Assembly (NCBI GenBank): GCA_951406725.2
Contig: OX597834.1
Span: forward strand, 40,920,001 to 40,984,000
Length of the DNA stretch: 64,000 bases
From: Octopus vulgaris
Lineage: Eukaryota
Direction of reading: 5' to 3'
The position numbers and the translations under genes were made by a program. The notes beneath the pieces were generated by a model, which saw only the letters and a program-made list of their open reading frames with translations, did no database searches and had not been told where the DNA came from. Each line of letters starts with the position of its first letter. Position 1 is the stretch's first letter. Of the stretch, positions 40,061 to 52,960 are shown piece by piece.

Positions 40061-40519
40061 TAGAAAAGAAAAGGAATGGATGAATAATAAACAGTGAGAA
40101 GTTGATCATTGGTATTAAAAGGTCGTAGTTTAATTGTAGTTCAGAACCATTTACAGCTGTTTCTTTTTATCAAATCAAAGTAAATTTGCATTTATCTTGT
40201 TCCATTTAACAAACATCATCAGAATGATGTAAAGGAATATAAATAGGAGCAAAAGGAAAAAGTTTGTTAAGTCTTTAGGCTACATTTTAGTGACCTTTTG
40301 GGTTCCACATGTGTGTATGTTTCTTCAATTAGAAGAATGTAGTAAGGGGGGGGGGAATGACTAGTTGACCGGCGGTGTTAGTCAAAGGAGTTATACCTGG
40401 TGGAGATATCCCAGTGTTGATAATTATCATATATAATGCTGTTAGTGACAATTAAACTATGACCTTTTAATACCAATGATCAACTTTTCCTTGTTTATCA
40501 TTGCTCCATTTCTTTTCTA
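40061..40519. mobile_element. Microsatellite-embedded element with ~75-bp imperfect terminal inverted repeats, containing a hammerhead ribozyme
   Basis: Arms 40061-40137 and 40448-40519 (GTTGATCATTGGTATTAAAAGGTCGTAGTTTAATTGT / ACAATTAAACTATGACCTTTTAATACCAATGATCAAC); flanked by (TA)n and (CA)n(TA)n. Confidence 0.8.
40146..40228 (-). ncRNA. Putative type I hammerhead ribozyme with canonical core
   Basis: AUCAUU-CUGAUGA-UGUUUGUUAAAU...AUUUGAUAAAAA-GAAA-CAGCUG-UA/AAUGGU: 6-bp stem I, ~12-bp stem II (one G.A mismatch), palindromic stem III ACAGCUGU, GUA cleavage triplet. Confidence 0.65.
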
Positions 40520-40871
40520 CACACACACACATATATATATATATATATTAAACCACAGTTTTACCTTTAAATTACCAACTACTGTATACCCTAGAGCTAG
40601 GACTATACATAGTAAGGTAATACACCAGTAATGCCTACAGATACATTTATCCCTTAGACGGTTGCATAACCTCTAACTCATATTTTACCTATATATATAC
40701 ACACACACACACCTTTATATTTCAGATCTGAACCAATTCAGATGGTGTCTTGTGCTGATTTTTCTTTTTGTTTCCCATTATAATCAATATAATTCAAACA
40801 TCCTAATGATGTACATGCATATGTCTATATTAGTATACATGTGTGTGTGTGTGTGTGTAGCTGTATACACT

Positions 40872-40883
<12 letters not shown>

Positions 40884-40925
<42 letters not shown>

Positions 40926-41066
40926 TATATACATATATATACATATATACACATATATACATATACATACATATATACATATATATATATACATACATAT
41001 ATACATATATATACATATATATACATATATATACATACATATATACATATATATACATATATATAC

Positions 41067-41113
<47 letters not shown>

Positions 41114-41136
41114 CATATATATATACATATATATAC

Positions 41137-41197
<61 letters not shown>

Positions 41198-41242
41198 CAT
41201 ACATATATATACATATATATACATACATATATATACATATAT

Positions 41243-41289
<47 letters not shown>

Positions 41290-41332
41290 CAAGTGTGTGT
41301 ATAAGTAGACACACACATATATATATATATAT
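40884..41332. repeat. Long compound (TA)/(TACA) microsatellite
   Basis: Low-complexity tract that generates spurious Y/I/H/T ORFs. Confidence 0.95.
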
Positions 41333-42003
41333 GTATAAGTAGATGTGTGTGTGTGTGTGTATAAGTAGATAGAGAGAAAGGAAGGGACTGATAAAACAAA
41401 TAATATAGAAAATGACTGAGATATAAGTGAAAGAGAAAATGTTTAGTGATAAAAAGATTTCTGAATGCAGTGTTAATCTAAGAAAATTCCAAAGTAGAAT
41501 TAGAACACAGAGAGAAAGAAAGAAAGGTGGTGGTGGTGGTGGTGGTGGTAGCAGAGTGTTGAATATCATGCTACATGGATACTTGAAGCAATCAAAGAAC
41601 ATGAACACCGACAGAGGAACAGTTAGTTTAGAAATAGCATATGAAGACATTATTGTGTGTGTGTATAATATATATATATATGCATACATATATATATACA
41701 TATATATATATACGTATATACACACACTTCCAAAGAACTTGTGTTCCATACATAGCAAAGATTGGGAAGGAAACATTGCTGAACATCATTAAACTGATTA
41801 AACACATAGAGAGGAGAGGGAAGAGTTCCTGTGTGCGAGGAAGTGTGGGTAGAATAGACAGACGGACAGACAGACAGTTGTAGATTGTGTGTGTATATAA
41901 ATATTTGAGTGCATTGATAGACGTAAATTACATATGTCTAAGCCTCTGTGTGTGTGTGTGTGTGTGTGTATCAGTAGAGAAATAGATGCAGATTATGAGT
42001 GCA

Positions 42004-42036
<33 letters not shown>

Positions 42037-42037
<1 letters not shown>

Positions 42038-42271
42038 TTTATTTAAAAGCAGCAGAAAATTCAACAAAACCTGTTACTCTGAGTTTCACGTTTCCGTTCG
42101 TCGGACAGTTTTTGCTATTCTAGAAAAAACTGTCCGACGAACGGAACGTGAAACTCATAGTAACAGGTTTTGTTGAATTTTCTGCTACTTTTAAATAAAG
42201 CATATTACTCTACCACTGGTATTTGAGTACTCTTATTTCCACCTTGTTTCACATTTATGTGTTTACTCCGG
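42037..42271. mobile_element. (TA)n-embedded fold-back element: 164-bp palindrome (42037-42200) plus ~70-bp tail, with a hammerhead-like fold in each arm
   Basis: Arms reverse-complementary with few mismatches; each reads CUGU-CCGACGA-ACG(GAA/GAAA)CGU-GAAA-CUCA(U/G)AG-UA-ACAG outward from the centre. Confidence 0.8.
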
Positions 42272-43137
42272 TATATATATATATATATATATATATAGGT
42301 AGGTAGATAACTATATACATGTCTGTCTGCCAGCCTGTCTGTCTGTGGTGAAGAAGTTCGTTTCACAACAAGGATGTGATCTCTGATCCAGTCTCACTGC
42401 ATTACATCTGGAGCAAGTGTCTAATACAATAGCCTAATGCCTAGGTGTGTGTGTGTGTGTGTGTGTATGTATACATGTATGTATGTAAGTACACTGTATG
42501 TGCATGTCTTTGTATGTGTCAGTCTCTAGGCCCTGTCTTTACACTGACACACATGAAAAAAAAACAAGGTTTTGTTTTTTCGTCTTGTAACAAAATAGTC
42601 CAATACATATTGATAAGATAAGTCTTAGACTTAAAAATCAGTATAAGATTGAATATGACTGACTAATATTCTTCAAAGTGATTTTCCTCAATAAGACCAC
42701 AATCCAATTACTGCAAGCAGACTGGAGCATGTGTAGGTGTGTGTGTGTTAGGTTACAGCTACAGCTTATAGCATCATGATAATTGAAGTTTCATGTCCCT
42801 TGGACATTCTTCAAACCTGAAAATTAATTGTTAGAACTGTTACTTTCTCACAGTGGATCAAGTTCTAAAAGTTAATATTCTTGTCTGAAGAATGTCCAAA
42901 CTACAGAAAATGTTAAGGTATTAGAGTGTTGAAAGCCAGAATTGTAACTTAACATTTTAAATATATGCTCTAACTTAAGTACTGAGTACTTTTTTTTTTT
43001 GCTTGTTTGCTTTTTTTCTTAATTTGTTCCTAGTTTTAGTGTATGTGATGTCACACAAATTATTGTGCACATATACACACACACACACACACATGAAAAA
43101 CAAATATGTAGGAATATATGTATGCTTTTAATATGTT

Positions 43138-43162
43138 TATACACACATACATACATATATAT

Positions 43163-43193
<31 letters not shown>

Positions 43194-43527
43194 CATACAT
43201 ACATATCTATATACATACATACATATATATATATATATACATACATACATATCTATATACATACATACATATATATATATATACATACATACATATCTAT
43301 ATACATACATACATACATATATATATACATACATACATATATATATACATACATACATACATATATACATACATATACATATATATATACATACATACAT
43401 ATATATACATACATACATATATATATACATATATACATATATATATACATACATACATATATATATACATATATATACATATATACATACATATATACAT
43501 ATATATATACATACATACATACATATA

Positions 43528-43593
<66 letters not shown>

Positions 43594-43604
43594 TAAAAAA
43601 TATA

Positions 43605-43640
<36 letters not shown>
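43138..43640. repeat. Long compound (TA)/(TACA) microsatellite ending in poly(A)
   Basis: Low-complexity tract. Confidence 0.95.
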
Positions 43641-43655
<15 letters not shown>

Positions 43656-44274
43656 TACAGGACAGCTCAGATTACCAATCTCTACCCACATCTCTTTCTT
43701 CAACAAGATGAGGTATTGAAGGACGAAAAGAAGGAAGATAGAGAGGAATAATAGAGAAGATGGGGCAGGGGCGAGGCCTGGAAGAGAGAGAGAGAGAGAA
43801 AGAGAGAAAGATATGGGAGAGGCGGAAAAGAGAAATATGTGAGTGACAATTTGAAATAGAGTGTAAACAGAGGGAACAACAAATGTTGTCAGCTTTATTA
43901 CATCTTCACCACCACCAAGATCAACAACATTACCACCACCACCACCACCAATACCATTACAAGAAAAATCCAGGACAACAAACCAAGCAGGGAGCTTCAG
44001 CTTAGTTGCTCAACCATTGTAAGAATCGTTGCAAAGTCTCCCTCCAACGCCACTCTATTATTTTATATAACACTCCATTATCTTATAAATAAGAAAAAAG
44101 TGAAGATAGAATGATGTAGCCCTAAATACATTATGCTTTAAGAAAAAATGGGCAGGTCATGGGTGGAATGCCTTTGATCACATGTCAGTTGGATCAGAGC
44201 TGACTTAGGCTAAACAACTGGCTTTGATAAGTTTTTGCTTCCTTTAGGACAGTGTAATCTCTCTCTTAAAATCA

Positions 44275-44752
44275 TTAACCCTTTCGTTACCAACCCGGCT
44301 GAAACTGGCTCTGAAAACAAATATCTTGTTTTCATAAGTTTTGAATTAAAAATCTCCCACCAAACCTTAGTCACAATTTATGTCCCTAACACTAGCTTAA
44401 TGATAACAAAGTTATTTTACTAAATTTTTTGTTATATTTAAAGTAACTGAAAGAAACACAGAGCATCTCAACAGCAATATGGTAACAAAAGGGTTAAATA
44501 ATATATAATAGAGAAACAATTATTAACCCCTTTGATACCAACCTGGCTGAGACTGCCTCTGGCTCTGTAGTACAAATGTCTTGATTCCAAAAGTTCTGAA
44601 TTAAAACCTTCCACCAAACCTTAGTCACAATTTATGTCCCTAACACTAGCTGAATGATAACTAAGTTATTTTACTAAATTCTTTGTTATATTTAAAATTA
44701 ATTGAAAGAAACACAGAACATCTCAAAATAAATACAGTAACGAAAGGGTTAA
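44275..44752. mobile_element. piggyBac-type MITE dimer, same family and same spacer as 26701-27185
   Basis: TTAACCCTTTCGTTACC...GGTAACAAAAGGGTTAA, spacer AATATATAATAGAGAAACAATT, second unit ending GAAAGGGTTAA. Confidence 0.85.
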
Positions 44753-45762
44753 CACTTAGTAACTGTAAGCTATGAGCGTCTAAGAAAGATAGTGCAGTGC
44801 TCATAGGGCTCACAATCCTTCCTCTTTCCCCTACAGTATCTATGGGAGAAGACAAATGCAGTGCCCAATTAGGATTCCGGTCCCTCACCTTCCATATGAC
44901 TAAAGAGATTGATATGATAAATTAATTATTGTCCAGCTTGAATTTCTCCGAGGGTTGACCTGATTAAATATAAACAAACCATGCGCTTATTTCAGAATAG
45001 AAATATAGAAGTAATAAATATAAAACTTGTTGTTCTTGCAATTGTCTTATTGTTGTTGTACCTGATAGTCTACCTGTGTTTATTACTGGAAAATGCCATT
45101 TCAACCGTGAAAGTTTAGTTCTGAGTTAACATGTAATTTATGCACATGCTTGCTTGTATTATGCACATACACAAATGCACCAAAAGACAAGATTAGTATA
45201 ATAACAAGGTTTATATATATATATAAGAGCATACATGCAAACAAACCCACATATATACACATATACCTACAAGAGTTAGTAGTGATTAGTCTTTCAGCAA
45301 TTAATAATACAGATTTTGTGACAACTTCCTTTTTTGCTCTGCTGTGCTCTGCCACTGAACATTTGCACACATGATGTGATGTTGATGTCACCAGCTCCTC
45401 CAATACACAGCTAATACTACTGCTACTAACACTACTACTACTACTGCTACTACTACTGTTAGCAAATGCAAAAAAAAAAACACAAAAATAAACTTTAAAA
45501 AAAAAATTATAAAATGATGAAAACAACAGACAGCAGAAGGGTAGGCGAGAGACACAAATTAAGGATAAACGAACGAACGGATAGACGGACGGACGGACGG
45601 ACGGATGGACGGAAGGACGGCTGGACGGATGGATGGATGGATGGATGGACTGGTGGTTTGGGAGGAGGATTGAGGATGGGTGACATTGATCCTTGAACCC
45701 ATAAAAGTGAGTGTATGATTATTGAGCAGGCTTGGGTGACAAGGACTGCATCAAGCACTTAC

Positions 45763-45837
45763 GTTGCAAGATCCTCCAATGTGTTGTAATAATCATGTTC
45801 AATAGTGAGAGGTCTCGTATCAGGAGGAGAGAACCCT
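45763..45837 (-). CDS. vav: Vav acidic-region exon 4a (GFSPPDTRPLTIEHDYYNTLEDLA), phase 2 to 2; paralogue of 34992-35069
   Basis: ctctcctttttctcaattgtag|AGGGTTCTCT...CTTGCAAC|gtaagt; 75 nt, open in the phase-2 frame left by the CH exon; F-x-P...D-x-Y-x-x-L-x-[DE]-x-A pattern shared with exon 4b. Confidence 0.8.
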
Positions 45838-48800
45838 CTACAATTGAGAAAAAGGAGAGCAAAAGAACGGTAAGAAACCAAGGGGCAACGAAGGTCAAGG
45901 GTCAGCTAACAGAGGAAAAAAGAAATTGGGAAAAAAAAAATTTTTAATAAATATATTAAAATATTACTTATTGATAATAGTAAGATATTTTTTTTTTTTT
46001 CCTTTTTTTTTTACTGTAACTTTTGTTCTTTTTAAAGAATATTTCAGTAATTATATTTTTCAGATTTTCAATTAAAAAGAAGAAAAAAAAAGAAAGAAAG
46101 AAAGAAGTTTACCATTGAAATAGATTTAATGTGTTTTTCTCTTAAAGTGGATTTCAATTATTTCTTTTAATTTTTTTTCTGTTTGTATATATACACACGC
46201 ATTCCAATATGCATACATGTGTATGTATACACACACATACACACATATATAAATGCATACATATAGACATGTTTGTGTATGTGTGAGTGTGTATGTGCAT
46301 AAATATATTTAAACATATACATGTATACCTAAATACATATATATATATGCATATATTTATATTTGCACACATATAAATACATATATACATACATTTATAC
46401 ATATGAGTATACATTATATATGTATTCTATAATATATAATATGCACACACACACGTGTGCACATGCGTATATGTACATACACTCACATGTGTGTGTGTGT
46501 GTGCATGAATGAGCACTTGCATGTATGTGTGCATAAACACACATATTATGGCAGGGGTTTGGGTGTTTGGGATGAGGGGAAGCTATAATATTGACCCTCT
46601 TTCAATAACTGACCGATTCCAGACACCAAATGTCCAATGCAACATGTGAAACCAGCCAAAGCTGCTAAGATTCTCGAGTAAATCTGAAATTCTAGGACCT
46701 TCTACCTTGATATTTAGTCACACTTCTGTGCCCCGATTTCACACAGTTCCAAAATGAACTTTTAGGACTTCTGCCTATACAAAGTACAAATTATCTCAGA
46801 ATTACTATTACTACTAATACCACTACAACTTTCAATTCTGCTACTGCTATATAGAGCTGCAGGGGGGTGGGGGAGTCGATGAAAAATATTTCATTAGTAG
46901 ATAACATTCATGCAAGTAACTACGCAGCCCAGCTTATCTCTAGATTCCCAAAGCTATTTCCTCCACTACACTTAGCTTTTTATGCAAGACACATGCACAA
47001 TGAAAGAACCAAGACAACGAGCATTGGCACTAATCCCGTGAGAAATACAGAAATCTAGGAATGGTGAATGGCTTAAGCCATCCCGCCCCCTTTCTTGTGG
47101 GCTTTCTTTGGGTGTTTCTCGCTCATGGTTGCTTTAGTAGAAACAACTGTGTTCTTTGATAATAGATTTGTTCCATCAACCAGATTGACACCACCATTTG
47201 GTTCTTGGGTGCCTTTCGTGGAGTCCACTTTTTTGCAAGCAAACATTTAGACCAAGTCTCTGATCTGAGGATGACCAATAAGATCCGATCCTTCACCAAC
47301 CAGTCTCTCTCAGAGACCCTGGAATAAGATACTAGGCACTGCCCTTCCACTTCTAAATAAGCTATATAGCATTTTTAAAAAATAGAACACTATAAATAGC
47401 CCCAGAGATTATTTTAGCACAGCAAACTGCTTCCCCACTAGAGAAAAAAAAACTTTTAATCTACTTCACAATAACACTCTTATGACGTAAACATCTCTCT
47501 GATTACAAGTGCAATCTTGTGCATCATTATCATCATCATCATCACAGTCTTACATTCATTTACAGTTGCCATGGGCCAACAGTCTGAAGTAGCATGCCTC
47601 ACACAAAATGTCTTCAGATGCTGTGGAAGAATCTCTGTATACGACAGTGCTCCCTCAATCACACTGCTAAAGCTTGCTTGGATTTGAACCACTAGAGTTT
47701 CTATGGAGTTGTTCTACCCAGTAGAAATAGCAACAAAATCCTTCCTTAAATAATCTCTAAAACAAAAACAGTAGGACACACTCAATGAATGTAAAAATTA
47801 GCTAGACTATGACTTTCATCATAGGTTTACTAGGTCAGGACCGACTCGGGGCTAAACTACTGCTACTACTCAGGTAGCAAATCGGCAGAGTCATTAAAGC
47901 AGAAGGTAAAATGCCTGGGAAGTATTCATTCCAGTTCTCTGGAAATCCTACCAAAGTTGACTTTGCTTTTCCTCTTTTTGACATTGACGAAAAACATATC
48001 ATTCCTGAACTGGGGTCAATACTTATCTTTCATTTTGTCTCTGGAAGAAATCAGCTGTATTCACACATAGTAAGGGACAGGCTGTGTATTAGGCTAAAAA
48101 TGCTCAAGACACAACATATGTCAGGACAGCATCTCTAGATCTATCAGGAGTTAAACCCACCATCACTACTTAAACATTATCACCAAAACAGGACCGTTAA
48201 TAAGAATTTCTTTTCCCTTTCTTCTAGCTCTGCAATTTACCAAGAGATAGAAGGAACATAACCAAATGCAGTTTCCAACTGCCCCACCCCAACAAAGGTT
48301 CTGGAGGGTTACTGCCACCCTACCCTACTGCATCTTATTGTTTACATTTGTTAATATTCGTCTTAAGGAATACAGAGCAAAGTTCTGGCAATTACGACAA
48401 AGAAATGTTACTTATGTTAGCAGCATATACGATAAGATGTGTCCACTACATCTCCATTAGCATTATTTCATTAACAGTTGTACTAAGAAGCTGAGAGGTG
48501 TCAATAATTGCTAGAAGCTGATTAAGTCAAATAATAATAATAATAATAATAATAATAGTAATAAATCATCTGACAATAATGTTTAATAGAAGACAATTTT
48601 CAAGTGGTAATAGAATCAATTATACAATAGATTACATTAACATTCAGGATTACAAACACACACACAAATATACACATAGACATTTATATCTAAATTCATG
48701 CATACATTCATAGACACATATATTCACATACAGACATATATATACACATACATATTTATATATACACACATACATCGAAACATGCACATTTATACACACA

Positions 48801-48844
48801 TACAAAGAGAAACATGCATATATACATATAAATAAATACATGCT

Positions 48845-48884
<40 letters not shown>

Positions 48885-50085
48885 TAGTTCCAGGCTTTTG
48901 TAATGGGTGATAGTTAAAAATACATGAGATGCAACACAACGACTTATGTGCGCATGCACGTGCACACATGAATTGGCCAAACAATAGAACACTAAGGCTA
49001 ATGTTATCATAAACAGTGTTTTGTGAGAAACCAAAAGTTTGTGCAAAAACCAACAACACAAAACAGAAAGTATAATATTGTAGAGTAATTTACGAGGTAG
49101 TTGGGTGGTTGCTTTCAATGCTAGTCAATTCTGAAGAGAACTTTTGTGATCAAAGTACTCAAACCAAGATCACTGCAGCTTTTTTTTCTTTTCTCTTTTT
49201 TTTTTTCCCATTCAAACACAGCATATCTAAGACATCTGTATTATCCAATGTACCTTTTGTTAGGTAATCCTAGGTAAACCTGACGAAGAAGAATTACGAT
49301 CAAAGTTCTTTCAGCTATGACCATCTCATCTTTCCCCACTCTCCATCAGGGACAGTTTTTCTAAGACCACATAATCTAATATATCCTTCTTTGTCACAGT
49401 AAAAGACCTGGCCTGTGATCTTAAGGCATTCTAGTCGGACTGTTCTGTGTTTTTATTTTTACTCTTTTGACAGGATCTCAATCCACATTATTTAATGTTT
49501 CTTTTCTTAAGATCATACAGTGTGATTTCAGGGAGATGTGGCCTCTATTTCTAGCAGCAGTAATAGTTTAGTCCCAGTTCAGTTCTGATCCCATAGACCT
49601 ATTGTATTTAGGGCTTTATCATCAAATGTATTCTTCCCTTTTTTCTTTCTAAGAAAGTAGGGTGTGATGTGAAGGAAACCTGGTTGCTATTTCTAGCAGA
49701 CTGAGTACCCATGTACAAAGGAACATCCCATCTTGCTCACATGTCTAATATATAATAATATATAGCATTCCTATTTGTTGTTTAGCCCAAGGTCAGCTCT
49801 AATCCAGGGAGCTACCTTTTTGTTTTAATATATAGTTTACCCAGGACTACATTGTCATATGCATGTTTTTTTTTTCTTTTTAAGTACAGTAGGGTATCCT
49901 TTTAGTTTGATTTGGTTGCTCTTTCTAGCAGATTCAGAAACGCTAAATAATACTGATTCTGAAAATGTTACAAAATACAACACCTGAAGACAGCTAAAGA
50001 GTGCAATGACTGAATTCTAACTATAACAATCAAGATCATGACACTAGTCCAAATTTATCCATGTAAAATAATAATAATAATAATA

Positions 50086-50118
<33 letters not shown>

Positions 50119-50338
50119 ACAACAACAAGAGCGCTCAGAGCCTTACATTGTTTTTATGCTCCTAGAATCTGATTTTAAATCCCTCCGTGATAAACTTTGT
50201 TTTGCATCCCTCCAGGATCAATAACTTAAGTACCATGAACAAACAAGGGAGTAGCTAAGAGGTGGCTCAACCTGCTACACATAACAGCCAAACCACTCTT
50301 GGATCAAACAACAGAAAAGACACATAGGAGAATGCTAA

Positions 50339-50737
50339 TCTTTATATATAAGAATGAGGTTGTGTGCTGTCTGTCTCCTACGATTTAGATTCCTAACTAC
50401 TCCCACATTTTGCGGTGCAGTTTAACCAAAACCGGGTATCTTATAGTCGTGATTCATATCGAACCCTTCTGGGTATTAGCGTGCATCTATGATGAGTCTA
50501 CGATTTAAAAAAAAATTTACCATCAATTTTTCCCATTTTTAATGCATTTTTGGCATATATAAGGGCAGTAACTCTCTAAAAGTTTATTATTAAATCTCAG
50601 AACGTAAAAAGCTACAGTAACACCCCCCTCCCTTTGTGGTTAACCATATTGAGATGGCTATTATACTTTACATCTCTAAAAATGCTTATATAGTTATTTC
50701 CCTTACAAACCCGAGCAACGCTGGGCGATACTGCTAG
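50339..50737 (+). mobile_element. Non-autonomous Helitron-like element
   Basis: 5' TC(TTTATATATAA), 3' hairpin CCCGAGCAACGCTGGG then CTAG, inserted at A|T with no TSD. A similar 5' end occurs at about 648. Confidence 0.7.
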
Positions 50738-52007
50738 TTTGATATAGAAAAGCAGAATGGATATGACTGGATTATCTTTGGTCATAGGTCTGTCCAAACA
50801 GGACTGACTTGAGGCCAAAACCACCACCACCACCACCACGACCTTAGTGTCAAGCAAGTAAGCATTGGGAAACGATACAACTGACTTTATTCTTTACCCT
50901 TTCAAATGTTAGGTCTTGTGAAAAATACTTATTCCTTACTAAACACTATCATATTTCTGAACACTGTTTTTTGTTTTTTTTTTTAGGATTTGTTTGTTCC
51001 ACATTCTTGTTTGTAGCCTGTAGAAGCCCCTCCCTTTGGTTAACTGCGATTAAGTCTGCTAGAAAAAGAAAGGTTTCCGTTTTATTTTCCCAGAATATGA
51101 AGGAAACATTATGAGCGAGAGGAATCAATTGCTTCAACGAAATCGGTTAGCAATGCTAACAAGAAGAATATTGTGGTAGAGAAATTACAAATTAAACGAG
51201 AACTCGTTAACGAGAAACAGAAAATTGTTAGGGAAAAATAGCAGAGAGAATCAAGGCAGAAAATTGTTTAATTAAGGGAGGGGAGGCTGTAATTAACATA
51301 ATATGGCCTGAAGTGTAATAGTTTTTTGGCAGTGCTAGGATGGGTACTTTTGAAACAACAGGGCAGGGGTATATGTGAGTCAGCTGAGAAAAGCTTCAAA
51401 ATTATTGCTGTTGTTATTTAACCCTAGGTCAAGCCAAAGAGAGCAAACTCAGGATCAAAAATATTTTGGTAGTAATCATCCCATCTTCTTGTATGTCAGG
51501 GACTATACTGTCCAATATATCTTTCTTCATTTAAGTTGGTAAGGGGTGATTTGAGGGGAAAGTTGGCTGTTATTTCTAGCAAGTCAAATGACCTTGTAGA
51601 AGCACTCTCATTGGTTCGTTTTGAGAGTTTTAAATTTTCTCATAGTAACAGTGATGGGAGGGAAAAGGGCTGTTAGAGATAATTAAGGCAGGAACTAATT
51701 ATTTTATAATAAAGTGTAAAAGACAAAAGAAATTGCTAACACTTTGTCAGATTCTTATACAGATGAGGGCCTCCTAATCCTTTCTGTAAGGGGACATTGT
51801 GGGAGTGGAATGAAAACTTCTGCGGATGAAACAGGAAAATTAAACAGACTGGGGGGGATAAGATAGGAAATGAGTATTTGCTTTTACTACTTTCAATCGT
51901 GATGATGGTTGAGAAATAAAATTGACTTTAACAAGATTTAGACCCTGAAACTATTGACCCAACCAGTTGGAAAGCAACAGTGACTTTGGTATTATTTGAA
52001 CTTATAA

Positions 52008-52355
52008 TCATCATCATCATCATTGTTCGACCGTGGTCGAGACAATAGAATTTACCATGTTACGCCAGACTTCACGGTCCATCATGGCATTACGGAGGTC
52101 CTGTTGCTGGATGCCTGTATCCCTGGAGATTACATCAGGGTAGGAGAGTGTGCGTCCTCTGGTATCGCGAGTAGATGGCTTCCAGAGGAGAAGAGTAGAA
52201 ATTACTTCTTTTTCAGCTCTACAACAATGTCCAGCAAACTGGACTCTCCTACCTTTCACAAGAGATGATACAGGTGGTAATTTCCCATATATTTGTACTT
52301 TGGTTGGATGATGCTTCCACGAGAGATTTTGAGCTCTCATAAGGAGGCGAGTGTA
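52008..52355 (-). mobile_element. RTE-like LINE 3' end
   Basis: ORF 52020..52340 (RRVQFAGHCCR...RGRTLSYPDVISRDTG...AMMDREVWR) followed by a (TGA)n tail. Confidence 0.8.
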
Positions 52356-52719
52356 AGGAATGTAAGGAACTTATAAACTAATTATAACTTATAAAATGGA
52401 ATTCAAACTACAGCATGTTTGTTGGCACTTCATTTCACAAAGATTTAAATTTGGAAATACACGAGAAGTTTAATTTCAGGCACCATAACAAAAAAAAACC
52501 AAAACAAAACAACTTACTAACCTAATTTTGGCAATTACATATCTTGAATAAATCTCTCATTATCAAGAATGTTGCAGTTGCATCAGTATTTTTAAATATC
52601 AAAACAAAAGCTTGGAACACACAGATATTTCAGAAAAATATTTTTACAGAGTATCATTGGTACCATTGGTAACACTAAGTGCTGTATTTTAATAATGCAT
52701 ATCAATTAATTATACCAAT

Positions 52720-52960
52720 TAATATCAATGATGATAACATTTTATTTTACAACATCATGAATAATGTTAGTATGATTTACAATCTTATCAATGGTACTGG
52801 TTCATTTTACAATATCACCAACAGTAACAATACATTTTACAATATTACCAATGGTAATACTACATTTTACAATATAACCAATAGTAACTCTACAGTGTAG
52901 ATTATTACCAATGGTAACACATTCACATAACTACCAAGCAATAATACTATTGCAAATTAC
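52720..52960 (+). repeat. Degenerate 30-bp minisatellite (ACATTTTACAATATTACCAATGGTAATACT-like)
   Basis: 10-aa periodicity FYNITN.N.T in ORF 52679..52900. Confidence 0.7.

Noticed and set aside
40752-43751. Long ORFs rich in Y/I/H/T/C/M/V
   Set aside because: Translations of (TA)/(CA)/(TACA) microsatellites.
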